Positions 31,517 to 41,470 of a stretch of DNA of 64,000 nucleotides are shown here, in pieces. The DNA comes from an uncultured virus (IMG/VR IMGVR_UViG_3300002131_000106). Its lineage: Duplodnaviria; Heunggongvirae; Uroviricota; Caudoviricetes. Location: IMG/VR virus record IMGVR_UViG_3300002131_000106; one strand, 5' to 3'. The notes under the pieces were generated by a model. That model saw nothing but the letters and a program-made list of their open reading frames with translations, was not told the origin of the DNA and did no database searches. How positions within the stretch are numbered: the stretch's first letter is position 1; the number at the start of each line of letters is the position of its first letter. The translations under genes and the position numbers were made by a program.

Positions 31517-32179
31517 ATGATTATTACAACAGTAAAAACACAAGAAAATGGATACTTAGTTAATGATATTATGTCAGTGCCTAATGACCCCGCGAATAGG
31601 GACTATCAAGCAATCCTTGATTGGATTAACGAAGGTAATACGCCCACTGGTCCAGACGTCATTCAGCCAGACTACGTTGCACTACGTACAGGTCCTGACG
31701 GGTATGCCTCTACAGGTGAACAATTAGGAATGATTGCTGACGGCACCCAAGCGGCTCACGTAGCAGATGTTAAGACACGATTTCCTAAGACCATTACAGG
31801 TGGAACTACTATCGGCGATGTTCCTCAAGATATACTAGACGCTGCAGCAGCAAAACAGTTTGCACAGCAATTAGCTGAATACAATACAGCAGTTGCTAGG
31901 TTAGCCCTGTATGTATTATCAGAAGGTCGTGCAGAAGTTAAAGGAATACAAGAAACTGGAGAGCAGGTATACAACGAAGAAACAATGGAAATGGATAATG
32001 TAATGCAAGAAGTTGTTACGGTTTCTGCAATCGAACCTTTAGTTGCTACAATAGAAGTAACTACTTATGATATGGAAACAGATACGAGTACAACAGAAAC
32101 AGTTACAAACCCATTAATCACAAAAGACAACGAAGAAAGAGCAGCTGCACAAGCTATTGTTGATGCATATCCAAATTAA
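31517..32179 (+). CDS. Fibre assembly/chaperone-like acidic protein, apparently tri-modular
   Basis: ATG at 31517 follows GGAG, just after the upstream stop, so it is preferred over 31490. Motifs VPNDPANRDYQAILDW, Y..LR...Y.S.GEQL...VK..FPK and EERAAAQAIVDA. Confidence 0.65.
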   Translation: MIITTVKTQENGYLVNDIMSVPNDPANRDYQAILDWINEGNTPTGPDVIQPDYVALRTGPDGYASTGEQLGMIADGTQAAHVADVKTRFPKTITGGTTIGDVPQDILDAAAAKQFAQQLAEYNTAVARLALYVLSEGRAEVKGIQETGEQVYNEETMEMDNVMQEVVTVSAIEPLVATIEVTTYDMETDTSTTETVTNPLITKDNEERAAAQAIVDAYPN

Positions 32180-32200
32180 TATAACTAAGAGAAATAAAAG

Positions 32201-34525
32201 ATGGCATTAACTAAAATACCAAGTAGTTTAATCGAACAAGCCAATCAGAGTATTACCTCTAGTATGATAGAGGATACTTTAGACTTGACATCGAAGACAG
32301 TTAGTGTTGCAACGGCTACGGCTGGTGATAATGATACGACTGTAGCAAGTACAGCATTCGTTGCTAGTGCTCTTGCGGCTTTAGTTGATTCATCTCCTAC
32401 TACACTGGATACCCTTAATGAATTAGCAGCTGCATTAGGTGACGATCCTAACTTTGCTACTACTACAGCTACATCATTAGGTCTTAAAGCTCCTTTGGCT
32501 TCTCCTGTATTTACTGGCACCATACAGGCTAATGGGCTTGCTATTGCTGGAAATTTAAATTTAACTGGGTTACTTGCTTTGACAGGGACAAGAGGGACTT
32601 TTATTGATTCCTCTGAAAACTCTACTATCCCAAACATTTTTGCAACTAACGATGCTGTGGGAGATTTTTCTCAAGAAGCAGGTCATCTTGTCATTCAGCC
32701 TCGGGTGCATACTTCAGTATATAGAGACATTATTTTTGCGGGAGGTATTAATAACGCCAAACGCCTTATGACTATTCAGGGTGAAGGTGATATCAGCTTT
32801 TATGAATCAACGGGCACGACTGCAAAACTGTTCTGGGACGCTTCTAGTGAATCATTAAGTATTGGCACAAATGGCAGCACAACCGATAGAAGATTCCAAG
32901 TATCCGGATCCGCGGCGAGCACTGCTACAACTCAATTTGGTATTGTTGCTAACCCAACATACCCTACTAATGTTACTGGCGATGTCTATAACTTATATTC
33001 CCAACCTAATGTAGCATCTGGAACAACACTTACTAGCCTATACAATTTATATCTAGGAGCAACTGGTTTAAGTGGCTCTACTATTACTAACCTATATGGG
33101 GTATATCAAGCAGGAGCATCTGAGAAAAATTACTTTGCTGGCAACGTAGGTATCGGAACAACTGCTCCTGGATACAATTTGCACGTGGAAAAATTAAGTG
33201 CAAGTGAAAACGTAGATTTATTAGTTAGAAATACAGGCACAGATGGTACCTCTAACAGTAGAATAATGAGTTATGTTTCAGGAGCTTCTGGAGGGGACCC
33301 CAAAATAGGTTTAGGTGTTACCGGAGTTCGTGATTATTTTTTCAGAATAGATAATAGCGACTCAGATAAACTAAAATTAGATACAAATGGCACTGATATA
33401 GTAACAATTGATAACAGTGGCAATGTTGGTATCGGAACAAGTTCTCCCACGGCTAACCTAAGTGTTGGTTCTACTACAACAGCTACTGGTGATGTTACAT
33501 TACGCACAACTAAAACAACTTTCAGCATAACACCAAGTAATACAGATGCTGGTGGCGTTGAATTGGGAGTAGGTTGGGTTGCTGGCGGTCAAGGGCCAAT
33601 GAAATTTAGTGTTGGCACAGAAAAAATGCGCATAGACTCCAGCGGCAACGTGGGTATTGGTACTAGTTCGCCTAACACTCTACTTCATGTTAATGGACAA
33701 GCTAAGTTTGAAAATAATATTACCTTAAATGAAAACACCCCAGCATTAATTATCCCTAATGGTGATTTTAGAATATTTACTGGGGGTGCCGAAAAAGTGC
33801 GCATAAATGCCTCAGGCAATTTGGGTTTGGGTGTGGTTCCCAACACTGGGTGGAACTCCACTTATAAAGCATTACAGGTAGGTGCTTCTGGAGCGTTATG
33901 GTCAAACACAAGCTCCTCCGCAACATTACTGTCTAATAACACAGTATTCAACACCAACGGTAGTCGCTATCGTTTAGTTGCGGGAGCCGCAGCAGAGCTT
34001 TATTTGACTGGGAGTGGGGTTTTTGATTTTAGATCCACCGCCACTAGCGGTGCAGCAGACGCGATTATTTCTGACATGGCCACTAAAATGACCCTCGACG
34101 CCAGCGGTAATTTGTATTTTTCCGGCAATTTACAGCCGGCCGGCAATATTATTGCCCCCTCAGTTTATGCCAATTATACTGGTGGGTCGCCAAATCTTGT
34201 GATGTACTCAGGTGGCATAATTCAGCGCACAGGCTCTTCATTACGTTATAAAAATACAATCAATGATGCCACTCACGGCCTAGCAGAATTGCTTACACTT
34301 CGACCTGTTACTTACAAAGGTAACAACGATGGTGACACCATATTTGGTGGATTAATTGCAGAAGAAGTACATGACGCTGGATTGACAGAGTTTGTGCAAT
34401 ACGGCGAGGAGGGTGAGCCAGATGGACTTGGCTATGGCAGCATGGTATCTCTCTGTATTAAAGCCATCCAAGAACAACAAGCAATCATCGAATCATTAAC
34501 CGCAAGAATTGCTGCCTTAGAATAA
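32201..34525 (+). CDS. Tail fibre/adhesin with C-terminal peptidase S74 chaperone
   Basis: MALTKI start, LDTLNEL box and GNVGIG boxes. C-terminal SSLRYKNTI...LRPVTY...GLIAEEV...IKAIQEQQ. Confidence 0.8.
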   Translation: MALTKIPSSLIEQANQSITSSMIEDTLDLTSKTVSVATATAGDNDTTVASTAFVASALAALVDSSPTTLDTLNELAAALGDDPNFATTTATSLGLKAPLASPVFTGTIQANGLAIAGNLNLTGLLALTGTRGTFIDSSENSTIPNIFATNDAVGDFSQEAGHLVIQPRVHTSVYRDIIFAGGINNAKRLMTIQGEGDISFYESTGTTAKLFWDASSESLSIGTNGSTTDRRFQVSGSAASTATTQFGIVANPTYPTNVTGDVYNLYSQPNVASGTTLTSLYNLYLGATGLSGSTITNLYGVYQAGASEKNYFAGNVGIGTTAPGYNLHVEKLSASENVDLLVRNTGTDGTSNSRIMSYVSGASGGDPKIGLGVTGVRDYFFRIDNSDSDKLKLDTNGTDIVTIDNSGNVGIGTSSPTANLSVGSTTTATGDVTLRTTKTTFSITPSNTDAGGVELGVGWVAGGQGPMKFSVGTEKMRIDSSGNVGIGTSSPNTLLHVNGQAKFENNITLNENTPALIIPNGDFRIFTGGAEKVRINASGNLGLGVVPNTGWNSTYKALQVGASGALWSNTSSSATLLSNNTVFNTNGSRYRLVAGAAAELYLTGSGVFDFRSTATSGAADAIISDMATKMTLDASGNLYFSGNLQPAGNIIAPSVYANYTGGSPNLVMYSGGIIQRTGSSLRYKNTINDATHGLAELLTLRPVTYKGNNDGDTIFGGLIAEEVHDAGLTEFVQYGEEGEPDGLGYGSMVSLCIKAIQEQQAIIESLTARIAALE

Positions 34526-34531
34526 TAGTAG

Positions 34532-34539
34532 TATAAATA
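34532..34539 (+). promoter_or_regulatory. Late promoter TATAAATA
   Basis: Exact intergenic consensus upstream of ORF 34580. Confidence 0.85.
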
Positions 34540-34579
34540 GAAGTATGAATTCATTTAACAGAATAAAATAGGAGCTACA

Positions 34580-37500
34580 GTGTCTAAATCTAAGGGTAGA
34601 CATATCGGCGAGGTAGTTACCGATACTGGGGTATTATCAGTTGGAAAGATTCCAGCCGATTATATAACAACAGACCACATCGCTGATAACACATTAACGA
34701 GTGCTCAACTACACACTAGTTTCCAAATTGGTGCTGGACATATTCCAGCTAATACTATCACGATTTCTCACCTGTCAGTAACGGATGGTACTGCAAATCA
34801 GGTATTAAAGACTGACGGTAGTGGTAATTTATCCTTTACTACAATAGAAACCGATAGTATATCTGAAGGTAATACAAACGTCACAGTATCAGATACTGGA
34901 ACTGACGGGGCTATTACAATGACTACCGAAGGAACCGGCCGGTGGGAAGTTACATCTGCAGGTCATCTATTACCTATTGCTGATGATACATACGATATCG
35001 GTTCGGCAACAAAGAAAGTTAGAGACATATATGTTTCAACTGGCTCTATTAAAATGGGGGTTGATACTGTATTATCTATTAATGCTGACGGTGACTTTGA
35101 GATTAATGATGCCGCCGGCGCTCCAAAGAAGATGAAAGTACATGAACTTGAAATTGGTTCAGGCGATGATAGGATCATTCTTACAAAGGGTAGTGACGGC
35201 AAATTAGAAAGCCGTAAAAAGACTTTAGGTATATTACAAACTGCAGAGAAGGTTTTTAGTCTTGAAACGAATACTACTACCGATATTACAGAAGGCACCA
35301 ACAAATTCTTTACCGATGCTAGAGCAAGATCAGCCATAAGTGCTACTGGTTCTTTATCTTATAATTCTACAACTGGTGTTATGTCATTCACAATGCCATC
35401 ACAGAATACTTCTAATATTACGGAAGGTAATAATCTATACTTTACTAATGCTAGAGCAGATGCTCGTATAGTAAATGCAGGAAGTGCTAACTGGAATACA
35501 GCTTATGGTTGGGGTAATCATGCTATTGCTGGATACCTAACAAGCTATATTGACACTGTGTATACGCATCCATCAGCTCATGCTATTAGTTTTATAACGG
35601 GTTTACAGACTGCCTTAGATGGAAAAGTAGATGATTCTCAGGTTTTAACTAACGTACCATCAGGAGCGTTGTTTACGGACACAGTATATACGTTGCCGGC
35701 CGGCATTGCAACTGAGACGTATGTTGGTACTCAGATCAGTGCTCTTGTTAATTCTTCTCCTGAAGCACTAGATACCCTTAATGAATTAGCAGCAGCTCTT
35801 GGTGATGACCCAAACTTTGCTACTACGGTAACGAACTCTATTGCTACTAAATGGACTCAGAATAATACACTGATATCAAACTGGAACACGGCTTACACTT
35901 GGGGTAATCATGCTTCTGCTGGTTATGCTACAAATACGCTAAGCAATGTTGTAAGTGTTCCACAATCTATTATCGATACCTTTAAAGGCGATACTGGTCT
36001 TACTGGGCCTCAAGGTGCTACAGGTCCTCAAGGGCCAACTGGTCTCACTGGCCCTCAAGGTGCTACTGGTCTTACAGGTCCTCAAGGATCAACTGGTGCT
36101 ACTGGTGCTGCAAGTACTGTGGCAGGTCCTACTGGTCCTCAAGGCCCTACTGGTGCTACTGGTGCTACTGGTCTTACAGGTCCTCAAGGATCAACTGGTG
36201 CTACTGGTGCTGCAAGTACTGTGGCAGGTCCTACTGGTCCTCAAGGCCCTACTGGTGCTACTGGTGCTACTGGTCTTACAGGTCCTCAAGGATCAACTGG
36301 TGCTACTGGTGCTGCAAGTACTGTGGCAGGCCCTACTGGTCCTCAAGGCCCTACTGGCCCTCAAGGCCCTACTGGTGCTACTGGTGCGGATGGTGCTTTA
36401 AATGCATTGCCGCTTACTGGAGGTACTCTTTCTGGCAACCTTATTACTTCAGGTTCGGGTAATTATGTTCTTATTGGAGGTGCAGCTGCTAATAACGCTT
36501 ATAATGCAGTATCTGCTACTACTGGACTTATGTTTGGGGGAGCTAATGACTCTAATAACTATTCTATTGGAACCAGTATGCAGGAGGTTGGTGGTAACTA
36601 CACCAAGTTAAATATTAAGTGGCATACCGGATTGCGATTCTTTTCTATGCCACAGTATGGAGGGGCCAGATTTTATTCTGACGCCGCAATGAATACTGAA
36701 ACCTTCAGTATTAACTACCTAGATGGGCATGTTCGTGCTGCTAATAATTTATATGCTAACGGTGGATACCTTGTATTTAATGCTTCTAACGACGGCTCAG
36801 GCTCAGGATTAGATGCTGACCTTTTGGATGGTCAGCAAGGTTCTTCGTTTGCCACTCTCTCAGGCTCAAACAGTTTCTCAAATTCTTATAACGAGTTTGG
36901 TGACGGCACAGGCAGTGTTAGCAATGATGGCGGTTGGAATGCAAGGGTAAATATTGCAGGAAGTTCTCACGCTAGGCTAGATGTAAAGTCTGTTAGTGAT
37001 GGGATTATAACAACCATGTATTCTCATACAGGTCAGGCAGCTGGCAAGGTCGGAACTTACTCTAATCATCCTCTACACTTAATGGTAAATGCCGATGCTA
37101 AAGCTATTCTTAGTACCGCAGGCTCTCTCAGCACAACCCCTCAAGGAACTTTATGGGGTAGTTCAAACGATGGCTCAGGCTCAGGCTTAGACGCTGATTT
37201 GTTAGATGGTCAGCAGCCTTCTGCATTGTCCGTAAACTATGCAAATACAGCAGGTGCAGTAGCGTGGGGAAGCGTATCTAGTAAGCCTTCTCATATTATG
37301 AACTATGAGGGCTTCACCCTAAATGCGGACACAATGGGCACTAACACCACAGGCTTTACATACGCTGTCGGTGCTCCTGCTGTCGGTCCGGTTGCTAGAT
37401 TCAGTACTGGTGGAGGGTATGACCTGTGGCTAAACTCCCCCTATAGCGGTGGACCCGAGCTATATTTTAGAACTCGAAATGGCGATGCCGGTTCACTAAA

Positions 37501-38698
37501 CGCATGGAACAGGATTTGGCACGCAGGTAATGACGGTTCTGGTTCTACTCTTGATGCTGATTTGTTAGATGGATTACAGCCTTCTCAGTTGTCTGTTAGT
37601 TACGCAAACTCTGCCGGTGCCCTCGCAGCAGACACTTCTACTAGATTCAGGGTTATAACTTTTACCGGTGAAGGGGGGGATTCTGGGAATGGAGCGATTC
37701 CAACATCTTACGGTATTTATCAGCAAGGAGGAGCATGGTCACACCCTTACCCAGATTTGTGTATTGGGTTTCATACTGGTATAAAAATTGGGGGTCATTT
37801 TAGCTACAACGGCACTCGTTTTTATAATAACTCAGATTGGGCAACAGAGATATTTAGTGTTGGTAACGGAGACAATAATGTCCGTGTAATTTATAACTTA
37901 TATAGAGGTGGTAATACCGTTTGGGATGCAGGCAACGACGGCTCAGGCTCCGGCTTAGATGCTGATCTGTTGGATGGGCAACAAGCCTCTGCTTTCATGT
38001 CGTCTGGCGGTGGGGGCTCTCCAACATTCACAGAAGTATACGCAAATTCGTGGTTGAGAAATAATAATGTCAATACGGGGTTATATAATCAAGGTGTAGG
38101 TGCTCACTGGTATGCTGGGTCAGGTGGTGAATGGAATATGGGCGGGGGTAATACTCACCAATATCTCCGCATGAGAACACAACACGAAAGCACTATTATA
38201 GGAACTATGCATGCTAACACCTCTTATCAGCATGGGTTTCTAAATACTTCTGATGGATGGAAGTTCTTTGCTGACAACAGTAATAACTTTTATTGCTACG
38301 GTAATATCACAGCGTATTACTCAGACACTCGTCTAAAGGATAACCAAACCCAACTCACATCTGGTTCTGGACTAGCTTTAATTAACCAATTAAAAGTTAA
38401 GAGTTTTGTTTGGAACAATCTAACAGAAGACAACCCCTCTATTGAAACAGGTACTACTGAAATTGGTCTGATTGCCCAAGAAGTAGAACACCTTATTCCT
38501 AATGCAGTTGTTATCAACGAAGCAAGTAACCCAAGTAGCGCGCAAATAGAACAGGCAGAAAAAGAAGGCTTACCTGTACCAGAAGTACCTAACTATAAAA
38601 CTATTAATTACGATAAATTAATACCCTTCCTAGTTCAGTCAATTCAGGACTTATCTTCTGAAATCGACGAACTTAAAAGACAATTAACGGAGAAATAA
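34580..38698 (+). CDS. Long tail fibre with collagen segment and C-terminal S74 chaperone (GTG start)
   Basis: AGGAG SD and GTG start. LDTLNEL box, Gly-X-Y tract, four [15 protein letters not shown] motifs and [10 protein letters not shown]...GLIAQEVE. Confidence 0.85.
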   Translation: MSKSKGRHIGEVVTDTGVLSVGKIPADYITTDHIADNTLTSAQLHTSFQIGAGHIPANTITISHLSVTDGTANQVLKTDGSGNLSFTTIETDSISEGNTNVTVSDTGTDGAITMTTEGTGRWEVTSAGHLLPIADDTYDIGSATKKVRDIYVSTGSIKMGVDTVLSINADGDFEINDAAGAPKKMKVHELEIGSGDDRIILTKGSDGKLESRKKTLGILQTAEKVFSLETNTTTDITEGTNKFFTDARARSAISATGSLSYNSTTGVMSFTMPSQNTSNITEGNNLYFTNARADARIVNAGSANWNTAYGWGNHAIAGYLTSYIDTVYTHPSAHAISFITGLQTALDGKVDDSQVLTNVPSGALFTDTVYTLPAGIATETYVGTQISALVNSSPEALDTLNELAAALGDDPNFATTVTNSIATKWTQNNTLISNWNTAYTWGNHASAGYATNTLSNVVSVPQSIIDTFKGDTGLTGPQGATGPQGPTGLTGPQGATGLTGPQGSTGATGAASTVAGPTGPQGPTGATGATGLTGPQGSTGATGAASTVAGPTGPQGPTGATGATGLTGPQGSTGATGAASTVAGPTGPQGPTGPQGPTGATGADGALNALPLTGGTLSGNLITSGSGNYVLIGGAAANNAYNAVSATTGLMFGGANDSNNYSIGTSMQEVGGNYTKLNIKWHTGLRFFSMPQYGGARFYSDAAMNTETFSINYLDGHVRAANNLYANGGYLVFNASNDGSGSGLDADLLDGQQGSSFATLSGSNSFSNSYNEFGDGTGSVSNDGGWNARVNIAGSSHARLDVKSVSDGIITTMYSHTGQAAGKVGTYSNHPLHLMVNADAKAILSTAGSLSTTPQGTLWGSSNDGSGSGLDADLLDGQQPSALSVNYANTAGAVAWGSVSSKPSHIMNYEGFTLNADTMGTNTTGFTYAVGAPAVGPVARFSTGGGYDLWLNSPYSGGPELYFRTRNGDAGSLNAWNRIWHAGNDGSGSTLDADLLDGLQPSQLSVSYANSAGALAADTSTRFRVITFTGEGGDSGNGAIPTSYGIYQQGGAWSHPYPDLCIGFHTGIKIGGHFSYNGTRFYNNSDWATEIFSVGNGDNNVRVIYNLYRGGNTVWDAGNDGSGSGLDADLLDGQQASAFMSSGGGGSPTFTEVYANSWLRNNNVNTGLYNQGVGAHWYAGSGGEWNMGGGNTHQYLRMRTQHESTIIGTMHANTSYQHGFLNTSDGWKFFADNSNNFYCYGNITAYYSDTRLKDNQTQLTSGSGLALINQLKVKSFVWNNLTEDNPSIETGTTEIGLIAQEVEHLIPNAVVINEASNPSSAQIEQAEKEGLPVPEVPNYKTINYDKLIPFLVQSIQDLSSEIDELKRQLTEK
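36059..36356 (+). repeat. Near-perfect 102-nt tandem repeat (~2.9 copies) within the collagen tract
   Basis: Units start at 36059, 36161 and 36263 and encode [34 protein letters not shown]. Confidence 0.95.
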
Positions 38699-38699
38699 A

Positions 38700-38975
38700 A
38701 TGACAGTAACATATGAACTTTTAGAAGAATACACCGGCACTCGTTCTAACGAAATGCCAGATCCAGATAACGAAGGAGCAACTATTACCTCTGAGTCTGC
38801 ATGCCGAGACATCAAGGTGAAGTTTACTTGTGACGATTCTGGCTGCGTCCATGAGCGTTCGGTCAACGTCTGCTTTGATGCTGACGGTGCTTATGATCAC
38901 GATGCTACTCTGGTTCGTGTAGGCGAAGTGGGTAACGGGGTTGCACATAAGATTGCATGTGGCGTGATTAGTTAA
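38700..38975 (+). CDS. Small fibre-partner protein
   Basis: GGAG SD. 91-aa acidic, Cys-containing ORF directly after the S74 fibre. Confidence 0.7.
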   Translation: MTVTYELLEEYTGTRSNEMPDPDNEGATITSESACRDIKVKFTCDDSGCVHERSVNVCFDADGAYDHDATLVRVGEVGNGVAHKIACGVIS

Positions 38976-38983
38976 TATAAATA
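38976..38983 (+). promoter_or_regulatory. Late promoter TATAAATA (gp13-gp17)
   Basis: Exact consensus 24 nt upstream of gp13. Confidence 0.85.
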
Positions 38984-39007
38984 GATACATCTCAATAGGA
39001 AAATAAG

Positions 39008-39757
39008 ATGGCTAAACCTAATTCAAGAAGTACATTAATAGATTATTGCTATAGATCTTTGGGTGCTCCAGTAATAGAAATTAATGTGGACGAGGATCAG
39101 GTAGATGATAGAATTGATGAGGCTTTGCAATTCTATCAGACATATCATACAGATTCTATTGAAAAAATATACTTAAAACATCAAGTAACCCAAACAGATA
39201 TCGACAATGGGTATTTGCCTATAAATGATCTAATCACAGATGTTATTAGGGTTATGCCTTTAAGAGATAGTAGTCCTTCTGATAATATGTTTGATATTAG
39301 ATATCAGATGCATCTTAATGACGTTCACTCGTTAGGGTTTATGGGATCATTGGCAGAATATGAAATGACCCAGCAATGGTTAGCTTTATTGGACTTAATT
39401 ATTGATAATGACGATAAGCACATTTCTTTTGAAAGACATAAAAATCAACTTAGAATTGATATGGATTGGTCTACTGAAATTGCTGTAGGTAATTATCTAG
39501 TTGTAGAATGTTACCGTATACTAGACCCTGCATTATACTCAGACGTATATAATGATTATTTCCTTAAAAAGTATGCTACATCATTAATTAAAAGACAATG
39601 GGGAGCAAACTTATCTAAATTCGAAGGTATGGTAATGCCTGGTGGCGTTACGTTTAATGGTCGTCAGCTATTCGATGATGCTAATGAAGAATTAACGAAA
39701 CTAGAAGAGGAAGTTAGACTTAACTGGGAACAACCAGTAGACTTCTACATAGGATAA
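39008..39757 (+). CDS. gp13: Neck protein gp13
   Basis: LGAPVIEINVDEDQVDDRIDEALQ, KRQWGANLSKF and PGGVTFNG. Confidence 0.95.
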   Translation: MAKPNSRSTLIDYCYRSLGAPVIEINVDEDQVDDRIDEALQFYQTYHTDSIEKIYLKHQVTQTDIDNGYLPINDLITDVIRVMPLRDSSPSDNMFDIRYQMHLNDVHSLGFMGSLAEYEMTQQWLALLDLIIDNDDKHISFERHKNQLRIDMDWSTEIAVGNYLVVECYRILDPALYSDVYNDYFLKKYATSLIKRQWGANLSKFEGMVMPGGVTFNGRQLFDDANEELTKLEEEVRLNWEQPVDFYIG

Positions 39758-39760
39758 GAT

Positions 39761-40696
39761 ATGCCCAGAAGCGTTTATTTTTCACAAGCAGTAAAATCAG
39801 AACAGCATCTTTATGAAGATCTTGTTATTGAAAGCTTAAAGATATATGGGCAAGATGTTTATTATTTGCCTAGGGAAATAGTTAACCGTGATTATATTTT
39901 TGGTGAAGACCCTGCGTCTCAGTTCGATGACGCTTATATGATCGAGGCTTACATAGAAAATACGGATGGGTTTGAAGGTGCCGGGGATTTGTATAGTAAG
40001 TTTGGATTAGAAATTAGGGACGAAGCTACGTTTATAGTTTCTAGACGACAGTGGGAAAGACTAATAGGTTTATTTAACAATACCATTAACGGTTCTAAGC
40101 CGAATATGGGTGATATAATATATCTACCAATGAGCTCTTCTTTCTTTGAAATTACCCACGTTGAAGACGATAAACCCTTTTATCAGCTATCAAACCTCCC
40201 AGTATATAAACTAAGCTGTTCCTTGTTTGAAATGAGTGACGAGAAATTTAATACTGGCATTGATGGTATAGACCTTATTGCTGGCAAAAGCGCTTATCAG
40301 CTAGTTATGGATTTATCTGTAACCTCGGGTCAACACCTAGAAATAGGCGAAATAGTAACACAGATATTAGACGCGGATTTAGGTATATCTGTATTTGGCA
40401 CGGTTCAAACAGTTACTAAAACAAGCGACTTTTTGTCAACAATATCTATTTCTAATATCGGCGTATCCGGTATTGCAGAGGCTAAGAGCTTTATAGTATC
40501 AGGGGTTATTGGTTTGGTTGGATCAGAATCTGGTAACACTTGCTACATAACTAAGATTTATGATGTAACAGACCAGACTGGCAATTTTAACTTAACAGAT
40601 AGCCAATCTTCAAATTCTACTTTTGAATTCGAGGGGGATAGTATATTAGACTTTAGTGAAAGTAATCCATTCGGCGATCCATCGGAGACATATTAA
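39761..40696 (+). CDS. gp14: Neck protein gp14
   Basis: ESLKIYGQDVYYLPR, SKFGLEIRDE, PFYQL and DFSESNPFG. Confidence 0.95.
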   Translation: MPRSVYFSQAVKSEQHLYEDLVIESLKIYGQDVYYLPREIVNRDYIFGEDPASQFDDAYMIEAYIENTDGFEGAGDLYSKFGLEIRDEATFIVSRRQWERLIGLFNNTINGSKPNMGDIIYLPMSSSFFEITHVEDDKPFYQLSNLPVYKLSCSLFEMSDEKFNTGIDGIDLIAGKSAYQLVMDLSVTSGQHLEIGEIVTQILDADLGISVFGTVQTVTKTSDFLSTISISNIGVSGIAEAKSFIVSGVIGLVGSESGNTCYITKIYDVTDQTGNFNLTDSQSSNSTFEFEGDSILDFSESNPFGDPSETY

Positions 40697-41457
40697 TGTT
40701 TGGCTCACACTTTTATCATGCAACAATGAGAAAATCAGTAGCTATATTTGGTACACTTTTTAATAATATATCTGTTATTAGAAAAAGTTCGGATGGGGGT
40801 ATACTTAACCAAATTAAGGTTCCTTTGGCTTATGGGCCTAAGCAGAAATATCTATCCCGGATTGAGACCGAACAAGGATCAGATACTCAAATGGCTATTA
40901 AGTTACCTCGTATGTCTTTTGAAATTACATCAATTGACCAGGATCTAAACCAAAAACTTAATAAAAGTAATAAAATCGTAGAGAATCATGCTAGTGATGT
41001 TGGTAAAAAGAAGACTATTAAACAGATGGTTTCTTATAACATTTCAATGTCTTTAAATATTATGGCAAAGAACCAGGATGATGGATTGCAGATAGTAGAA
41101 CAGATTTTACCATACTTCCAACCCGATTATACGGTAACTATTAAGCCTATAGATTCCTTTGATTATAAGCAGGACGTTCCGATTGTTTTGAGTAGTGTTA
41201 CTATAAGCGATGATTATGAAGGGGACTTTCTCACTAGAAGGGTTCTGGTATACACCCTAGAATTTACTATGAAAATGAAGTTTTTCGGCCCTGCTGGAGA
41301 CCAGGTAGTAATAAGAGAGATTAGTCTGGATTATAAAGATATAGACAATCTGTTGTCAACTTTGATGGCAGAGGATTTAACTATTAACCCCACTACAGCA
41401 GATGAATCAGATAATTATACTGTGGTTACTTCAATAAGTGACAACAATTTTTCTTAG
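40696..41457 (+). CDS. gp15: Tail sheath stabiliser/terminator gp15
   Basis: FGTLFNNI, KVPLAYGPKQK, LPRMSFE and QIVEQILPYFQP. Confidence 0.95.
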   Translation: MFGSHFYHATMRKSVAIFGTLFNNISVIRKSSDGGILNQIKVPLAYGPKQKYLSRIETEQGSDTQMAIKLPRMSFEITSIDQDLNQKLNKSNKIVENHASDVGKKKTIKQMVSYNISMSLNIMAKNQDDGLQIVEQILPYFQPDYTVTIKPIDSFDYKQDVPIVLSSVTISDDYEGDFLTRRVLVYTLEFTMKMKFFGPAGDQVVIREISLDYKDIDNLLSTLMAEDLTINPTTADESDNYTVVTSISDNNFS

Positions 41458-41470
41458 GTTATGAGATATT

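Larger units (their letters stand above)
19315..35827 (+). repeat. Dispersed 78-nt repeat encoding [26 protein letters not shown], one copy in each of six fibre genes
   Basis: Copies at 19315, 21374, 24476, 27178, 32387 and 35750. aactttgctactac is identical in all six. Confidence 0.95.

Noticed and set aside
19315..35827. Invertase shufflon for fibre switching
   Set aside because: All repeats are direct, all cassettes are full genes on one strand, and no recombinase gene is visible.
35955..36611. Leu/Val-rich alternative-frame ORFs resembling membrane proteins
   Set aside because: They are frame-shifted readings of the collagen GGT-NCT-ACT repeat and adjacent fibre sequence.
21122..38698. 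Diversity-generating retroelement acting on fibre tips
   Set aside because: There is no reverse transcriptase in the window and no repeat pair with adenine-specific mismatches. The repeats are internal and differ mostly at synonymous sites. A distant DGR cannot be excluded.
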